The notes under the pieces: generated by a model
Told to the model about the DNA's origin: nothing
Database searches by the model: none
Seen by the model: the letters and a program-made list of their open reading frames with translations, nothing else
Program-made: the position numbers and the translations under genes
Part shown: positions 17,611 through 27,396 of the stretch, piece by piece
Position numbering within the stretch: position 1 is the first letter of the stretch
How the letters are laid out: each line of letters opens with the position of its first letter
Assembly (NCBI GenBank): GCA_964444815.1
Contig: CAYUIR010000001.1
Coordinates: 4,520-68,519 of the forward strand
Source of the DNA: an uncultured Bdellovibrionales bacterium
GTDB taxonomy: Bacteria; Patescibacteriota; Minisyncoccia; Moranbacterales; UBA1568
Direction: 5' to 3'
Length of the DNA stretch: 64,000 nucleotides

Positions 17611-19035
17611 ATGAAACGTTCAGAAATATACTTCAGTACGATACAGGTACCCGTCGACTTTCTTATGATTGTCCTGGCGGGGATTTCAGCGTACTACCTG
17701 CGTGGACTCCCGATGTTCGAAGGGTATGTCTCGCGGGTGTTCAATATTTCTTTTGAAGACTATCTCTGGTTCTCTCTCTCCGTGGCGCCACTCTTTCTTG
17801 TCGTGATTGCTTTTGAAGGTCTCTATACCATGCGGGCGACGCGTACCTTTGGAAAAGAAGCCTATGGCATCGCACGGGCCATCACCCTCGGACTCATTAT
17901 CTTGGTGCTTGCTGTCTTCTTGAACCGTGAGTGGTTCTCGTCACGGTTCGTCATCGTGGTCGGCTGGGCTATTGCTATCGTCTATGTCGTCCTTGCTCGC
18001 TATATTATTCAGCGCATCCAGAAATGGTTTCTCGTCAATCGGAATGTGGGTATCCATCGTATCCTCCTCATTGGGTCCAATCAAAAGGTGTATGCCTTGC
18101 GGAAGCTCCTCACCAAGAATAAGCAACTCGGGTATCGAGTCGTCGATCAGATCGATACGGCGAGTGTCGTCCAGGTCAAAGAAATCCGAGCCATGAAGGG
18201 TGTGGACGAGATTATCGTGGGTGACCCGACGCTTACTGATGATGAGCAGGAGAAACTTTTTGACTACTGTCAGATCAACAACATTACCTACAAGTATTTT
18301 CCGACCACACTCCAGACCCCGCGTTTCTCGATGAAGATCTTTAATGGGGAACCGCTCATCGAATTTCAGCATACCCCGCTCGATGGTTGGGGTCGGGTAC
18401 TCAAGCGGACCTATGATATCGTCGCGGGATTTTTCCTCACGGTGCTCTTTTCACCCATCATGCTCGTGGTGGCCATCCTCATCAAACTCGAGGATCCAGA
18501 TGGACCGATTATCTACAAGAATGAGCGCATCGGCGAAAATGGAGTGAAATTCTTTGTCTACAAGTTCCGCTATATGCAGTGGAAGTACTGCGTGACCAAG
18601 GACAATCCGCATATGGATGAGGCCATCGCCTATGAAAAGAAGTTGATTGAAGAGAAAAACGTAAGGAAGGGTGGTATCCTCTACAAAATCAAAGATGATC
18701 CGCGCAAGATGCGGGTCGGGGCCTGGATTGAACGATTTTCTTTTGATGAACTGCCACAGTTTTTTAACGTCCTCGAGGGGACGATGTCACTCGTCGGACC
18801 ACGACCCCATCAGGAGCGAGAGGTCGACCGTTATGCCGAGTATCACCGGCGCCTCCTCACTATCCGTCCTGGCGTGACCGGGATGGCTCAGGTGTCGGGA
18901 CGCTCTGACCTCGCTTTTGAGGATGAGTACCGGCTCGATGTATTCTACATTGAGAACTGGTCGCTTTGGCTCGATATCATCATCTGTCTCAAGACCGCTG
19001 GCGCCCTTCTCAGACGGCGCAAGAACGTGAAATAA
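17611..19035 (+). CDS. polyprenyl-phosphate hexose-1-phosphate transferase (WbaP/bacterial sugar transferase family), initiating enzyme
   Basis: 474 aa with N-terminal TM helices and a CoA-binding-like domain. The C-terminal Bac_transf domain reads KRTYDIVAGFFLTVLFSPIMLVVAILIKLEDPDGPIIYKNERIGENG...LPQFFNVLEGTMSLVGPRP. Confidence 0.85.
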   Translation: MKRSEIYFSTIQVPVDFLMIVLAGISAYYLRGLPMFEGYVSRVFNISFEDYLWFSLSVAPLFLVVIAFEGLYTMRATRTFGKEAYGIARAITLGLIILVLAVFLNREWFSSRFVIVVGWAIAIVYVVLARYIIQRIQKWFLVNRNVGIHRILLIGSNQKVYALRKLLTKNKQLGYRVVDQIDTASVVQVKEIRAMKGVDEIIVGDPTLTDDEQEKLFDYCQINNITYKYFPTTLQTPRFSMKIFNGEPLIEFQHTPLDGWGRVLKRTYDIVAGFFLTVLFSPIMLVVAILIKLEDPDGPIIYKNERIGENGVKFFVYKFRYMQWKYCVTKDNPHMDEAIAYEKKLIEEKNVRKGGILYKIKDDPRKMRVGAWIERFSFDELPQFFNVLEGTMSLVGPRPHQEREVDRYAEYHRRLLTIRPGVTGMAQVSGRSDLAFEDEYRLDVFYIENWSLWLDIIICLKTAGALLRRRKNVK

Positions 19036-19045
19036 CAATCGTCTC

Positions 19046-19070
19046 AAACCGCCCTCTGGGGCGGTTTTTG
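19046..19070 (+). terminator. rho-independent terminator
   Basis: AAACCGCCC-TCTG-GGGCGGTTT stem followed by TTG. Confidence 0.7.
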
Positions 19071-19127
19071 CTGGTGAAATTCTTGCTGAGTGCTATACTC
19101 TAGGTGTAAGTCAGTAAGCCAAATTCT

Positions 19128-19475
19128 ATGATACTTCTCCGCTTGATGGTGAGTGCACTCGCCTTTTTGTCGCTCTCGTATGTCATTCCGGGTATTTCGG
19201 TCAAAGGGTTTGGGACGGCCCTCATTCTGGCCCTGCTCTGGGGTGTTGTTGGGATTACGATCAAGCCAATTCTCCTCCTTCTCACCCTTCCGTTCAATCT
19301 CCTGACACTCGGACTCTTTACCTTTATTATCAATGGTTTTCTCCTCTGGATGCTTGGTGGTCTCATCAAGGGTTTTGAGGTCCATGGGTTTTGGGTCGCC
19401 GTCCTGGGCGCCCTCTTCCTCTCGGTGGTGAGCTCGCTCACACAATGGGCGCTCAGTCATAGTGATAAAGACTAA
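19128..19475 (+). CDS. small 4-TM membrane protein, phage-holin-IV/DUF360-like
   Basis: 115 aa hydrophobic product with an extended -10 (TGcTATACT) about 30 nt upstream. The competing low-complexity minus-strand ORF 19044-19796 was rejected. Confidence 0.5.
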   Translation: MILLRLMVSALAFLSLSYVIPGISVKGFGTALILALLWGVVGITIKPILLLLTLPFNLLTLGLFTFIINGFLLWMLGGLIKGFEVHGFWVAVLGALFLSVVSSLTQWALSHSDKD

Positions 19476-19493
19476 CTCGAGATAGTAGGCACT

Positions 19494-20681
19494 GTGAATT
19501 TGATAAAAAGAATTATCCGCGAGCTTCGTAAAAATAGTCTTCCTGATTTTGTATGGAAGACTCTTTTTTATACTCTTGGCAAAGGACGACATCTGTGGGC
19601 TTTGGATAAAAATTCTTGGCAGAAGAAAAAAGCAGAGAATTTTTTTGGACACTACACGCTTCCACAGCGATCTGGAAAGGAGCAGGTCATCGTTTTTATT
19701 TTGCCCGGGCTGTGGATTGCTGGGGGCATTGCTGTGATTTTGCAGCATGCCAATCTTCTCAGGAATCGCGGGTATCAAGTGAAGATTGTGACACAAGATC
19801 TCAAGACGAAAGTAGCGTGGTTTGAGAATCAGCGAGTGGAGATAGTACCCATCAGTGCCATCGAGCTCTTGCTAAAACAGGGTATAGACATACTGATTGC
19901 TACTGGGTGGAATTCTGTCCCAACGGTAGATCTATTGCCTGCACGACGCAAGATGTATTTTGTTCAGTTGGATGAAAGGCGCTTTTACCAAGATCAAACA
20001 CTACAGAGCTTCGTCGGAGAAACCTATCGAGTAGGGTTTGAATTTTTGACCATGGCGCATTTTCTCCAAGCATGGCTTCGGGAAGAATTTGATCAAGCGT
20101 CTACTTATGTACCCAACGGTTTGGACGTGGCAGTGTTTCATCCTGTAGTGGTACGACAGACAAAAACGAATAAAGTACGGGTGCTGATTGAGGGTCCAAT
20201 CAATATACCGTTTAAGGGCGTAGCAGAAGCATATGAGGCAGTTGCTGGTCTTGATTGTGAACTATGGCTGGTCAGCAGTAACGGTGTGCCGCCAGCTCAT
20301 TGGAAATACGATCAATTTTTTGAGAGAACCCCGATTCATGAAATGCCCCAAATCTACTCTTCATGTGATATTTTGCTCAAGATGAGCACGGTTGAGAGTT
20401 TTTGCTATCCGCCACTGGAAATGATGGCCTGTGGTGGAGTGCCCGTGATTCTTGAGGTGTCAGGTATCGAAGAGTACGCCAGGCACGAAGAAAACTGTCT
20501 CATCGTGCAGAGTCAACAAGAAGCACGACAGACTGTAGCTCGATTAATTAGCGATCCAGCGCTTCGTGCTCGGTTGCGGCGAGGTGGATTAGAGACTGCC
20601 AAAAAGTGGAGCTGGGAGCGTTCTGTCGATGCTCTAGAACAAGTGATACTCAGGGCTGATTCTCAGCAGGCTTATTTGTGA
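19494..20681 (+). CDS. glycosyltransferase (GT-B fold, GT1/GT4-like), GTG start
   Basis: 395 aa. C-terminal ESFCYPPLEMMACGGVPVI motif. About 40% GC. Confidence 0.7.
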   Translation: MNLIKRIIRELRKNSLPDFVWKTLFYTLGKGRHLWALDKNSWQKKKAENFFGHYTLPQRSGKEQVIVFILPGLWIAGGIAVILQHANLLRNRGYQVKIVTQDLKTKVAWFENQRVEIVPISAIELLLKQGIDILIATGWNSVPTVDLLPARRKMYFVQLDERRFYQDQTLQSFVGETYRVGFEFLTMAHFLQAWLREEFDQASTYVPNGLDVAVFHPVVVRQTKTNKVRVLIEGPINIPFKGVAEAYEAVAGLDCELWLVSSNGVPPAHWKYDQFFERTPIHEMPQIYSSCDILLKMSTVESFCYPPLEMMACGGVPVILEVSGIEEYARHEENCLIVQSQQEARQTVARLISDPALRARLRRGGLETAKKWSWERSVDALEQVILRADSQQAYL

Positions 20682-21384
20682 ACACGAGGTAGTAGGCGAG
20701 AGTGGCGCTGCCAATGACAAGGATTGAAAAGAGCGTAATGATAGACCAACCTTGGAGAAGGACTGGTTTGTATTGTGAGAGACGATCAACGAGGCGAGAG
20801 AGGTCGCCCGAGAGTGATCCACTGGTATAGGCAGGGCGCAGGAATAAAGTTTGACCTGGATAGACTTTGTTCTTGCTGGTGTCTATCAGAGTACGATCGG
20901 CAAAAACGGGATCAGGCACATCAGTAGCTGAGAGGTAGGGTTTTTCACCCTTGCGATTTTCGTCGGAAAAATAGGTAGCAGAAAAGCAGTATTTTTTATT
21001 CGTAGATTCGACAATAGCCGGAAAGGATAATACCGTGTATGTCCCTTGCATAGGTGGCTTATGGCTATAGATATCGGACGCAAGTGTATTTTGACAAGCT
21101 TCATCCAGGAGGCGGAATTCAATGTGTTCGCCGAGCTTGATGTCAGAACGTCCCAGCACGACCCGGATCTGATGGAGGTTTGACTCTTTGGCGATAAATG
21201 TCTGCGTGACGGGAGATCCTGGCGAAAGGGTTATTTTTTTTGTTTTCCCTAAGAAATTGTAGCCGGATTCGCCGAGACCAAAACTTGTGAGAAAGGTCAA
21301 AAAAATACCAATCATGCCGAGCAAAAAAATAGAGAAAAGAATTCCTTTATGGTATTTTTTAATGAGTTCAATATTTTTATTCAT
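20650..21384 (-). CDS. hypothetical bitopic membrane protein
   Basis: 244 aa with N- and C-terminal hydrophobic helices. Converges on the upstream GT with a 32 nt overlap. Confidence 0.45.
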   Translation of the reverse strand: MNKNIELIKKYHKGILFSIFLLGMIGIFLTFLTSFGLGESGYNFLGKTKKITLSPGSPVTQTFIAKESNLHQIRVVLGRSDIKLGEHIEFRLLDEACQNTLASDIYSHKPPMQGTYTVLSFPAIVESTNKKYCFSATYFSDENRKGEKPYLSATDVPDPVFADRTLIDTSKNKVYPGQTLFLRPAYTSGSLSGDLSRLVDRLSQYKPVLLQGWSIITLFSILVIGSATLAYYLVFTNKPAENQP

Positions 21385-21390
21385 ACGGCC

Positions 21391-22836
21391 CTAGAGATAG
21401 TAACGAGGGATAATGACGTTCATGATAGCGTGAATCTGGAGGAGTATCATGGCGAGGGTGAGGGCTTTCAGCGCAAAAAGAAAATACTTTTCCTGTCGTA
21501 GGAGGAATCCAATACCGGCAGCAATAATGATGAGATGAGCAATGACATTTGGAAGGAAGTAACGACCAGGCTGGCCGATAAGAATTTGGCCAGTGTAGTC
21601 AAACACGCGCCAGTCATAGAAGCGAATGGCTATTTGGAGAGCAATTATCATACCGAGAAAGAATACGAGAAACCTCTTTTCGGGAAGATACGTGAATTTT
21701 CTCTGAGAAAAGAGATACCAAACGGTCCCAATGAAACCGACAATTGTGATGAGGATAATTACTGAAAGTGTCCAGTCTGGTATTGCATTATCGAGCCAGC
21801 CGAAGTGCCCCCAATAAGACCGCGCGGTATCTCGCAGTTCGCCCGAACTGAGTGTCTTATCTAGGTATTTTCCTATGGACTCAATGGTGGAGCTGAATTT
21901 TGATTGCGCTGTGAGGTTAGTAATATTCACAAAATAGCTTTTTGGAATAATCAGAAATGTAGCGCTAGCAAGGAAGATACTTGCGCCTGCAAGAAGCGTA
22001 AGAAATTTTTTGAGAGGTAAATGGAGTGCTCTATAAGAAGTCCACGCCAAGAGAGGATAGAGCATTGCGACGAGTACGACGCCTGGACCTTTGGAAAAGA
22101 GACCAAGTATAGCGGCTGAGATGAGCAGAAGGGCGTGGCTCCACGTTAGTCCATCTCGCAGTAAGGAAACGCCAGCGAATAGAAAAAGCGAAAATGCAAA
22201 AACGAGCGCAATGTCGATATTGACTTGGGCTGCAGTCATGGCAAACATGGGCTGGAATGCCACGAGTATCGTAAAAAGGAGGCCTACAAAAGGTGAAAAT
22301 CCGGCCCTTCTTGCAATGTGGAAAGCAAGATAAACTACTCCAACACCAAAGATAGTTGCAAGTGTTCGCATCGAAAAGAGACGAGCGAATATGCTTTCAC
22401 TACTCAAAAGACGCTCTAACCAGGAGCTCAGGAGGTAATAGATTGACCGAGTGCCAGAGACATTCGTGGAGGTGGTGTCAATGTATTGTTTCCAGTCATT
22501 TTCTACAAGAGCTTGGTCAGAGAGGATGGTAGTGAAATCTGGAATATTCTGATCCGAGGTTCTTACCTCATCAAACTGATTGGCTTCCGCTGATCGAATC
22601 ACTTCTTCGGAGAAGCCATATGTTGAGATGCTCGAATGAGTGGTGGATGTACTCGGTAGATTGCGGAAAGGCCAATTTTTGTCTTGAGGTTCGGCCCAGT
22701 ATTGAGCGGTGCTGTAATGAGTTTGTTCATCAGGATTTTGAAACAAGGGAAACAGGACGGCCAAAAAAACACCCTTGAGAAGAAAGAGAAGGAGTATCCC
22801 AGTGAGGTAGAGAGCGTATTTTGAGGATGTGAACAT
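21391..22836 (-). CDS. polytopic membrane protein, GT-C-like glycosyltransferase candidate
   Basis: 481 aa with about 11 TM helices. A first extracytoplasmic loop with PDEQTHY (DE motif) follows TM1. Confidence 0.5.
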   Translation of the reverse strand: MFTSSKYALYLTGILLLFLLKGVFLAVLFPLFQNPDEQTHYSTAQYWAEPQDKNWPFRNLPSTSTTHSSISTYGFSEEVIRSAEANQFDEVRTSDQNIPDFTTILSDQALVENDWKQYIDTTSTNVSGTRSIYYLLSSWLERLLSSESIFARLFSMRTLATIFGVGVVYLAFHIARRAGFSPFVGLLFTILVAFQPMFAMTAAQVNIDIALVFAFSLFLFAGVSLLRDGLTWSHALLLISAAILGLFSKGPGVVLVAMLYPLLAWTSYRALHLPLKKFLTLLAGASIFLASATFLIIPKSYFVNITNLTAQSKFSSTIESIGKYLDKTLSSGELRDTARSYWGHFGWLDNAIPDWTLSVIILITIVGFIGTVWYLFSQRKFTYLPEKRFLVFFLGMIIALQIAIRFYDWRVFDYTGQILIGQPGRYFLPNVIAHLIIIAAGIGFLLRQEKYFLFALKALTLAMILLQIHAIMNVIIPRYYL

Positions 22837-22839
22837 GGC

Positions 22840-22868
22840 TTGTTTCTCGATTCTTTAGGCAGTATACT
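22840..22868 (+). promoter_or_regulatory. candidate promoter (TTGTTT, 17 nt spacer, TATACT)
   Basis: Lies in the divergent region, about 30 nt upstream of ATG 22898. Confidence 0.3.
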
Positions 22869-22897
22869 ATAAAAGTACCCTTTTCTAAAGCCTTTTT

Positions 22898-24637
22898 ATG
22901 GAGCGGACCGTACAAAATATTTTGGTAGGTGGTTCGGGGTTTATCGGCTCTGAGCTTGCTCTGGAATTGGCGCGTAGAGGAGAGAGTGTCGTCAGTATTT
23001 CTCGAAACGGTGGAGTCGTCATACCTGGTGTCAAAAACATAATTCTAGATATATCGGAGCAGCGGGCGCTTGAACAAAAGTTTCCCACTGGGGAGACTGT
23101 CTATATTCTGGTTGGCCAAAATCACCCGGAATTCGATGCGGAAGCGGAACTGGAGGCTTTACGAAGACTGATCGTTGTGCTGAATGTGAAACGTCCCAAA
23201 AAAGTACTCTATCTATCTTCGGTGCTGGTGTATGGAGAGACCGATGCTCCAGCAGGCGAAGAAACCCCGTGTTGTCCAGCGGATCAGTATAGTCAGTTTA
23301 AGTGTTCTGCCGAGGCACTGTTACGAGAGAGTTTGAGCCCGCAGATAGTCCTTGGTATTTTACGTCTGGCAAATGTTTATGGCGGGAAGAAAAATCGAGG
23401 ATTCATCGGACTGGTTATGGATCGCTTGGCTCAAGAGCAAAGTATTGAGCTGAAAGTCAATGGTGACGGGCTACAAGAGCGAGACTATATGTTTATCGAC
23501 GATGTGGTGGCCGCACTACTATCGGTGAAAAAACATCTGATAGAGAATGATATTGTTAATATTGCGACAGGGCAGAGTCATACGCTGCTAGATATTCTCG
23601 ATCAAGTGTCACGTATAACTGGTCGTCAATTTCCATACAAGAATAATGGCAAAGGAGTGGTAGAAATTGGAAAGAGCAGGGTTAAAAATGAGAAACTGGG
23701 ACAGCGATACCACTTCTCGCCGAAGTATGGACTGAGCACAGGATTAGAGGAAACCTATTTGCGATCGGTGGTTTATCAGGAAAAGGTTTCTGGGAAGCGA
23801 ATGCTCTTTATCGGCGGGGAAGGATTCATAGGAAGAAACTTGGCCAGATATTTTGCGAATGAGAATGAGTGCATTTCGGTGGGTCAGCGCCAGTCTGTAT
23901 TTGCAGATCGGCGGGATAGGTATATCGAAGTTGATCCCTATAAGAATAGAGTCGAGGGTGAATATGACGTGGTGGTACATCTGATTGACAATAAAGTTCC
24001 TCTCTCGGTGTTCGAGCTCCAAGAGGAGCAATTGACAAAAAACTTCTCACTTCGATCAGGTGGGCAGTTGGTAGTATTTTCATCGGCAGTCGTGTATGTG
24101 AATCCAAATTCGGAGTATGGCAAGAGAAAGCAACTACTCGAGGCATTTTACAAACGATACTGCAAAGAGTACGGCATTACGCTCACGATTTTTCGCCCGT
24201 TTAATATATTTGGTCCCTTTCAGTTACCCAATCGCCAGGGGAGTTTGATAGCGAACTTGATGTGCAACTTTCTTCTGGATGAAAGTACTGAGATAAACGA
24301 CATGGGCGCTCGACGTGATTTTATGTGTGTGACTGATATTGCCAAGTTTGTCGAATGCGCTTTGGCGAGAAAGCAGGAAGGTGTTTTTGATATAGGATCA
24401 GGGACATTGGTATCTATCAGAGAGCTGATTGATTATTTGAATCACCATATCTTTTTTTCAAAGGGGAAAATCACGGATCGACAGGCAAAAGAACAAACTA
24501 ACGAACAGCCCGCCAAGAGGACTTTATCACCCGTACTTCCCATGGTAGACTTTGACGAGGGACTGAAAAGGACGTTTGCATTCTACAAAAATAACCTCCA
24601 TCTCCTCAAAGATTATGTCAAACGAAAGGGCAATTAA
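22898..24637 (+). CDS. tandem fusion of two NAD(P)-dependent epimerase/dehydratase (extended SDR) domains
   Basis: 579 aa. Two Rossmann motifs: GGSGFIGSELA at the N-terminus and GGEGFIGRNLA near residue 300, each followed by an SDR-like catalytic region. Confidence 0.7.
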   Translation: MERTVQNILVGGSGFIGSELALELARRGESVVSISRNGGVVIPGVKNIILDISEQRALEQKFPTGETVYILVGQNHPEFDAEAELEALRRLIVVLNVKRPKKVLYLSSVLVYGETDAPAGEETPCCPADQYSQFKCSAEALLRESLSPQIVLGILRLANVYGGKKNRGFIGLVMDRLAQEQSIELKVNGDGLQERDYMFIDDVVAALLSVKKHLIENDIVNIATGQSHTLLDILDQVSRITGRQFPYKNNGKGVVEIGKSRVKNEKLGQRYHFSPKYGLSTGLEETYLRSVVYQEKVSGKRMLFIGGEGFIGRNLARYFANENECISVGQRQSVFADRRDRYIEVDPYKNRVEGEYDVVVHLIDNKVPLSVFELQEEQLTKNFSLRSGGQLVVFSSAVVYVNPNSEYGKRKQLLEAFYKRYCKEYGITLTIFRPFNIFGPFQLPNRQGSLIANLMCNFLLDESTEINDMGARRDFMCVTDIAKFVECALARKQEGVFDIGSGTLVSIRELIDYLNHHIFFSKGKITDRQAKEQTNEQPAKRTLSPVLPMVDFDEGLKRTFAFYKNNLHLLKDYVKRKGN

Positions 24638-26030
24638 GAATATATTGATTATAGGTGCTGGTAAGGCTGGACGACTCCTTAAGAAGGATATTGAACTTTA
24701 TCATCCCGAGTGTCAGTTTGTTGGCTATGTGGACGACAAATTAGACGCAAAGAATCGGCTCTTATTAGGGAGTATCGCCGATACCAGTAAACTAGCAAAG
24801 CTGTTTAGAATAGATGAGATGGTTATTGCTATCCCGTCGACTGATGGCCAGTTAGTACGCAGGATCCTGCTTGAGAACATCAAGAATCATATCCCAATTA
24901 AAATAGTACCTCGGAGTCAAAAGATCATTCGTCTCAGTCACGTTCGGTATTCGGAGGTGAAAGATGTCACGGGTGAAGATATGCTGGGGCGTCCTTTTGT
25001 GCGTCAGAGCATTGATCGAGTGAAGAAATTTTATCAAGGGAAAACGGTTTTTATTACCGGAGGTGCTGGCTCTATTGGTTCGGATATCGTGAGGCAATTA
25101 CTAGATCTTGATGTTAAGAAGGTGATTGTGTATGACAATTCGGAGTACCTGATTTTCCTATTAGAGCAGGAGCTTAAGGTGCTTGGTCTGCGTGATCGCT
25201 GCGAATTGATTGTAGGGAGCATTCTGCATTACAACAAGCTCAACATACTCATGAAGGAACGACGCCCAGACGTTGTTTTTCATGCGGCTGCATATAAACA
25301 CGTTCATCTCATGCAGGATAATATAGATGAGGCCGTGTATAATAACGTAATTGGAACGAAGCGGGTTATTGAGGCTGCCATCAGCGGTGGCGTGAAGCTG
25401 TTCACTTTTATTTCGACCGATAAGGTGGTCAATCCCACGAGTGTCATGGGTGCCACCAAGAAGCTTTGCGAGTACTATATACAGTGCCTCAAGCCCAAGG
25501 GGATGCAATTCAATATAGTTCGTTTTGGGAATGTCATAAATTCCAACGGTTCTGCTCTGCCACTTTTTGAACGTCAAATTGCCGGTCAGGGCTACGTGAC
25601 GGTGACACACAAGAAAATGAAGCGGTTTTTTATGTCTATCCGTGAGGCAGCTCAGCTCGTGATTGAAAGTACGGCCAATGGCAAGAAAGATGCTATCCAT
25701 ATACTGAATATGGGAGAGCTCATCAATATCTATGAAGTGGCACTTTGCCTTATACGTTCTAGAGGGTATGTCCCCGGAAAAGACATAGAGGTGCGAATCA
25801 CAGGGTTACGTAAGGGGGAAAAGATGATTGAGGAGCTCTATACGGAAAACGAACGGGGGAATATGGTGAAAACTGGCATGGATCGAATCTATTCATTAAA
25901 AAACTATGATCGCTGCCCAGTTGATATTTTGCAGACCATCGCTGTCTTGGAGGACTTGGTCAAAACTGGGGCACCACAGGCGGAATTGCGGAAGCATCTG
26001 AAAAGAATATTCCCTTCCATTAAAAATTAG
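24615..26030 (+). CDS. UDP-GlcNAc 4,6-dehydratase-like (CapD/PglF/WbpM family), soluble form
   Basis: Start at MSNERAIKNILIIGAGKAG (24615). The Polysacc_synt_2 core contains TGGAGSIGS...MGATKKLCE. Confidence 0.8.
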   Translation: MSNERAIKNILIIGAGKAGRLLKKDIELYHPECQFVGYVDDKLDAKNRLLLGSIADTSKLAKLFRIDEMVIAIPSTDGQLVRRILLENIKNHIPIKIVPRSQKIIRLSHVRYSEVKDVTGEDMLGRPFVRQSIDRVKKFYQGKTVFITGGAGSIGSDIVRQLLDLDVKKVIVYDNSEYLIFLLEQELKVLGLRDRCELIVGSILHYNKLNILMKERRPDVVFHAAAYKHVHLMQDNIDEAVYNNVIGTKRVIEAAISGGVKLFTFISTDKVVNPTSVMGATKKLCEYYIQCLKPKGMQFNIVRFGNVINSNGSALPLFERQIAGQGYVTVTHKKMKRFFMSIREAAQLVIESTANGKKDAIHILNMGELINIYEVALCLIRSRGYVPGKDIEVRITGLRKGEKMIEELYTENERGNMVKTGMDRIYSLKNYDRCPVDILQTIAVLEDLVKTGAPQAELRKHLKRIFPSIKN

Positions 26031-26044
26031 TAGAAGATTATCCT

Positions 26045-27319
26045 GTGTCTGAAATGTTAGAAAAACGGCCTTTACTCTCACGAATAAGTCAGTTAGTAGG
26101 ACTGGATATTCAATATTTCTTTGGAGCTGGAATAGTTGTTTCGTTCCGCTATATCATTGTATCTTTCTTGGGATTGGTGCTTTCGGTAGGATTTGCTCGT
26201 CTTGGTAGTAAGGAACTCTTCGGCCAATATCAGACCATACTTGCTTTGTTGAGTCTGATTTCTGTGTTTTCACTTCCTGGTTTGAATTTAGCTGCACTTA
26301 AGTCTGTAGTGGAGGGGAATACTACTGTCGTGCTACAAGCAGTGCGACTCAGTTTTTATGGGTCATTATTTGGGGTACCTGTAATATGGCTTTATGCGGG
26401 ATATAATTTCTTTCTGACACGAGATTTGACGTTTGCAGTTGCGGTTGCTATTGCTAGTATTCTCTTCCCATTTTATTACGCGTTCAATACCTGGTATGTT
26501 TTTTATGAGGGGCGCTCACAGTTTTTTCCTGTAGCGTGGCGAACAATCGGGCTTAATGCTTTGGTTACGACTATTCTTTTGGGAGCGTTGTATAGGCAAG
26601 AGAATCTTACTATACTGATACTGCTTTTTTTGGGGATTAACGTCGTTTTAAGTGGCAGATTTCTTTTTGAGGCGTCTCGTGCTGTAAGCGGGAGTTTTTT
26701 TCAGGGGACGAGTGGAGAACTCGATGTGAGGTATGGCCTCTCGGTTACCCTGCAAAAATTTGTTCTCTCTCTGGCAGAGAATGTTCCAGTGATACTCATC
26801 TCTTTCATGTTTGGGTTTGAGAAAGTGGCTATTTTTCAAATTGCTTTTTTCTTTGTGAGTGCCGTTTCTGGTTTTTTGAGTGGAATTTCCGCTACGTATA
26901 TGCCGCTCCTCTTTCGCTATAAGAAGCTCGCGTACGTTAAAGTGCTTTTGCAACAATTTACTTTGGGGCTAATTTTGTTTTTGATATTTCGTGTCTTTGT
27001 GGAGAAATTCTTTATAGCTTTTTATGGTGCATCGTATCAGGAAAGTCTTGAGATTGTTAGGAATCTCTCTTTTCTAGTGTTCCTTTTCCCACTCAAAACT
27101 TTCTTGATAAATTTCTTTACGGCAAAAAGACAAAACCTTCTTGTAGCGTCAATTTTTCTTTCTGCTAATCTATTGGCAGTATTCGCTCTGTACTGGACTC
27201 GAGAGGCGTCAGTAGGTACGAGTGCCACGGCGTATCTTTATACGTTAAATGTCCTTCTTAGCACCTCTTTACTAGTTACGTATTTGTACCAGGTGTACAG
27301 AGAGAAGAGGCTTATCTAA
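26045..27319 (+). CDS. Wzx-like oligosaccharide flippase (MOP superfamily)
   Basis: 424 aa with about 12 TM helices. About 40% GC. Confidence 0.65.
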   Translation: MSEMLEKRPLLSRISQLVGLDIQYFFGAGIVVSFRYIIVSFLGLVLSVGFARLGSKELFGQYQTILALLSLISVFSLPGLNLAALKSVVEGNTTVVLQAVRLSFYGSLFGVPVIWLYAGYNFFLTRDLTFAVAVAIASILFPFYYAFNTWYVFYEGRSQFFPVAWRTIGLNALVTTILLGALYRQENLTILILLFLGINVVLSGRFLFEASRAVSGSFFQGTSGELDVRYGLSVTLQKFVLSLAENVPVILISFMFGFEKVAIFQIAFFFVSAVSGFLSGISATYMPLLFRYKKLAYVKVLLQQFTLGLILFLIFRVFVEKFFIAFYGASYQESLEIVRNLSFLVFLFPLKTFLINFFTAKRQNLLVASIFLSANLLAVFALYWTREASVGTSATAYLYTLNVLLSTSLLVTYLYQVYREKRLI

Positions 27320-27396
27320 GGGGCGATACGAGTTGTCTGGTTTGTCAAAGGGGGGTATAATGGAAGAAATTCAGGATTTTTGATGTTTCTGACCGT

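Noticed and set aside
19044-19796. 250 aa minus-strand ORF overlapping the holin-like gene and the start of the downstream GT
   Set aside because: Its composition is low-complexity and Lys/Arg/Pro-rich and it has no motif. It lies antisense to two better-supported genes with promoter and terminator signals, so it is a shadow ORF.
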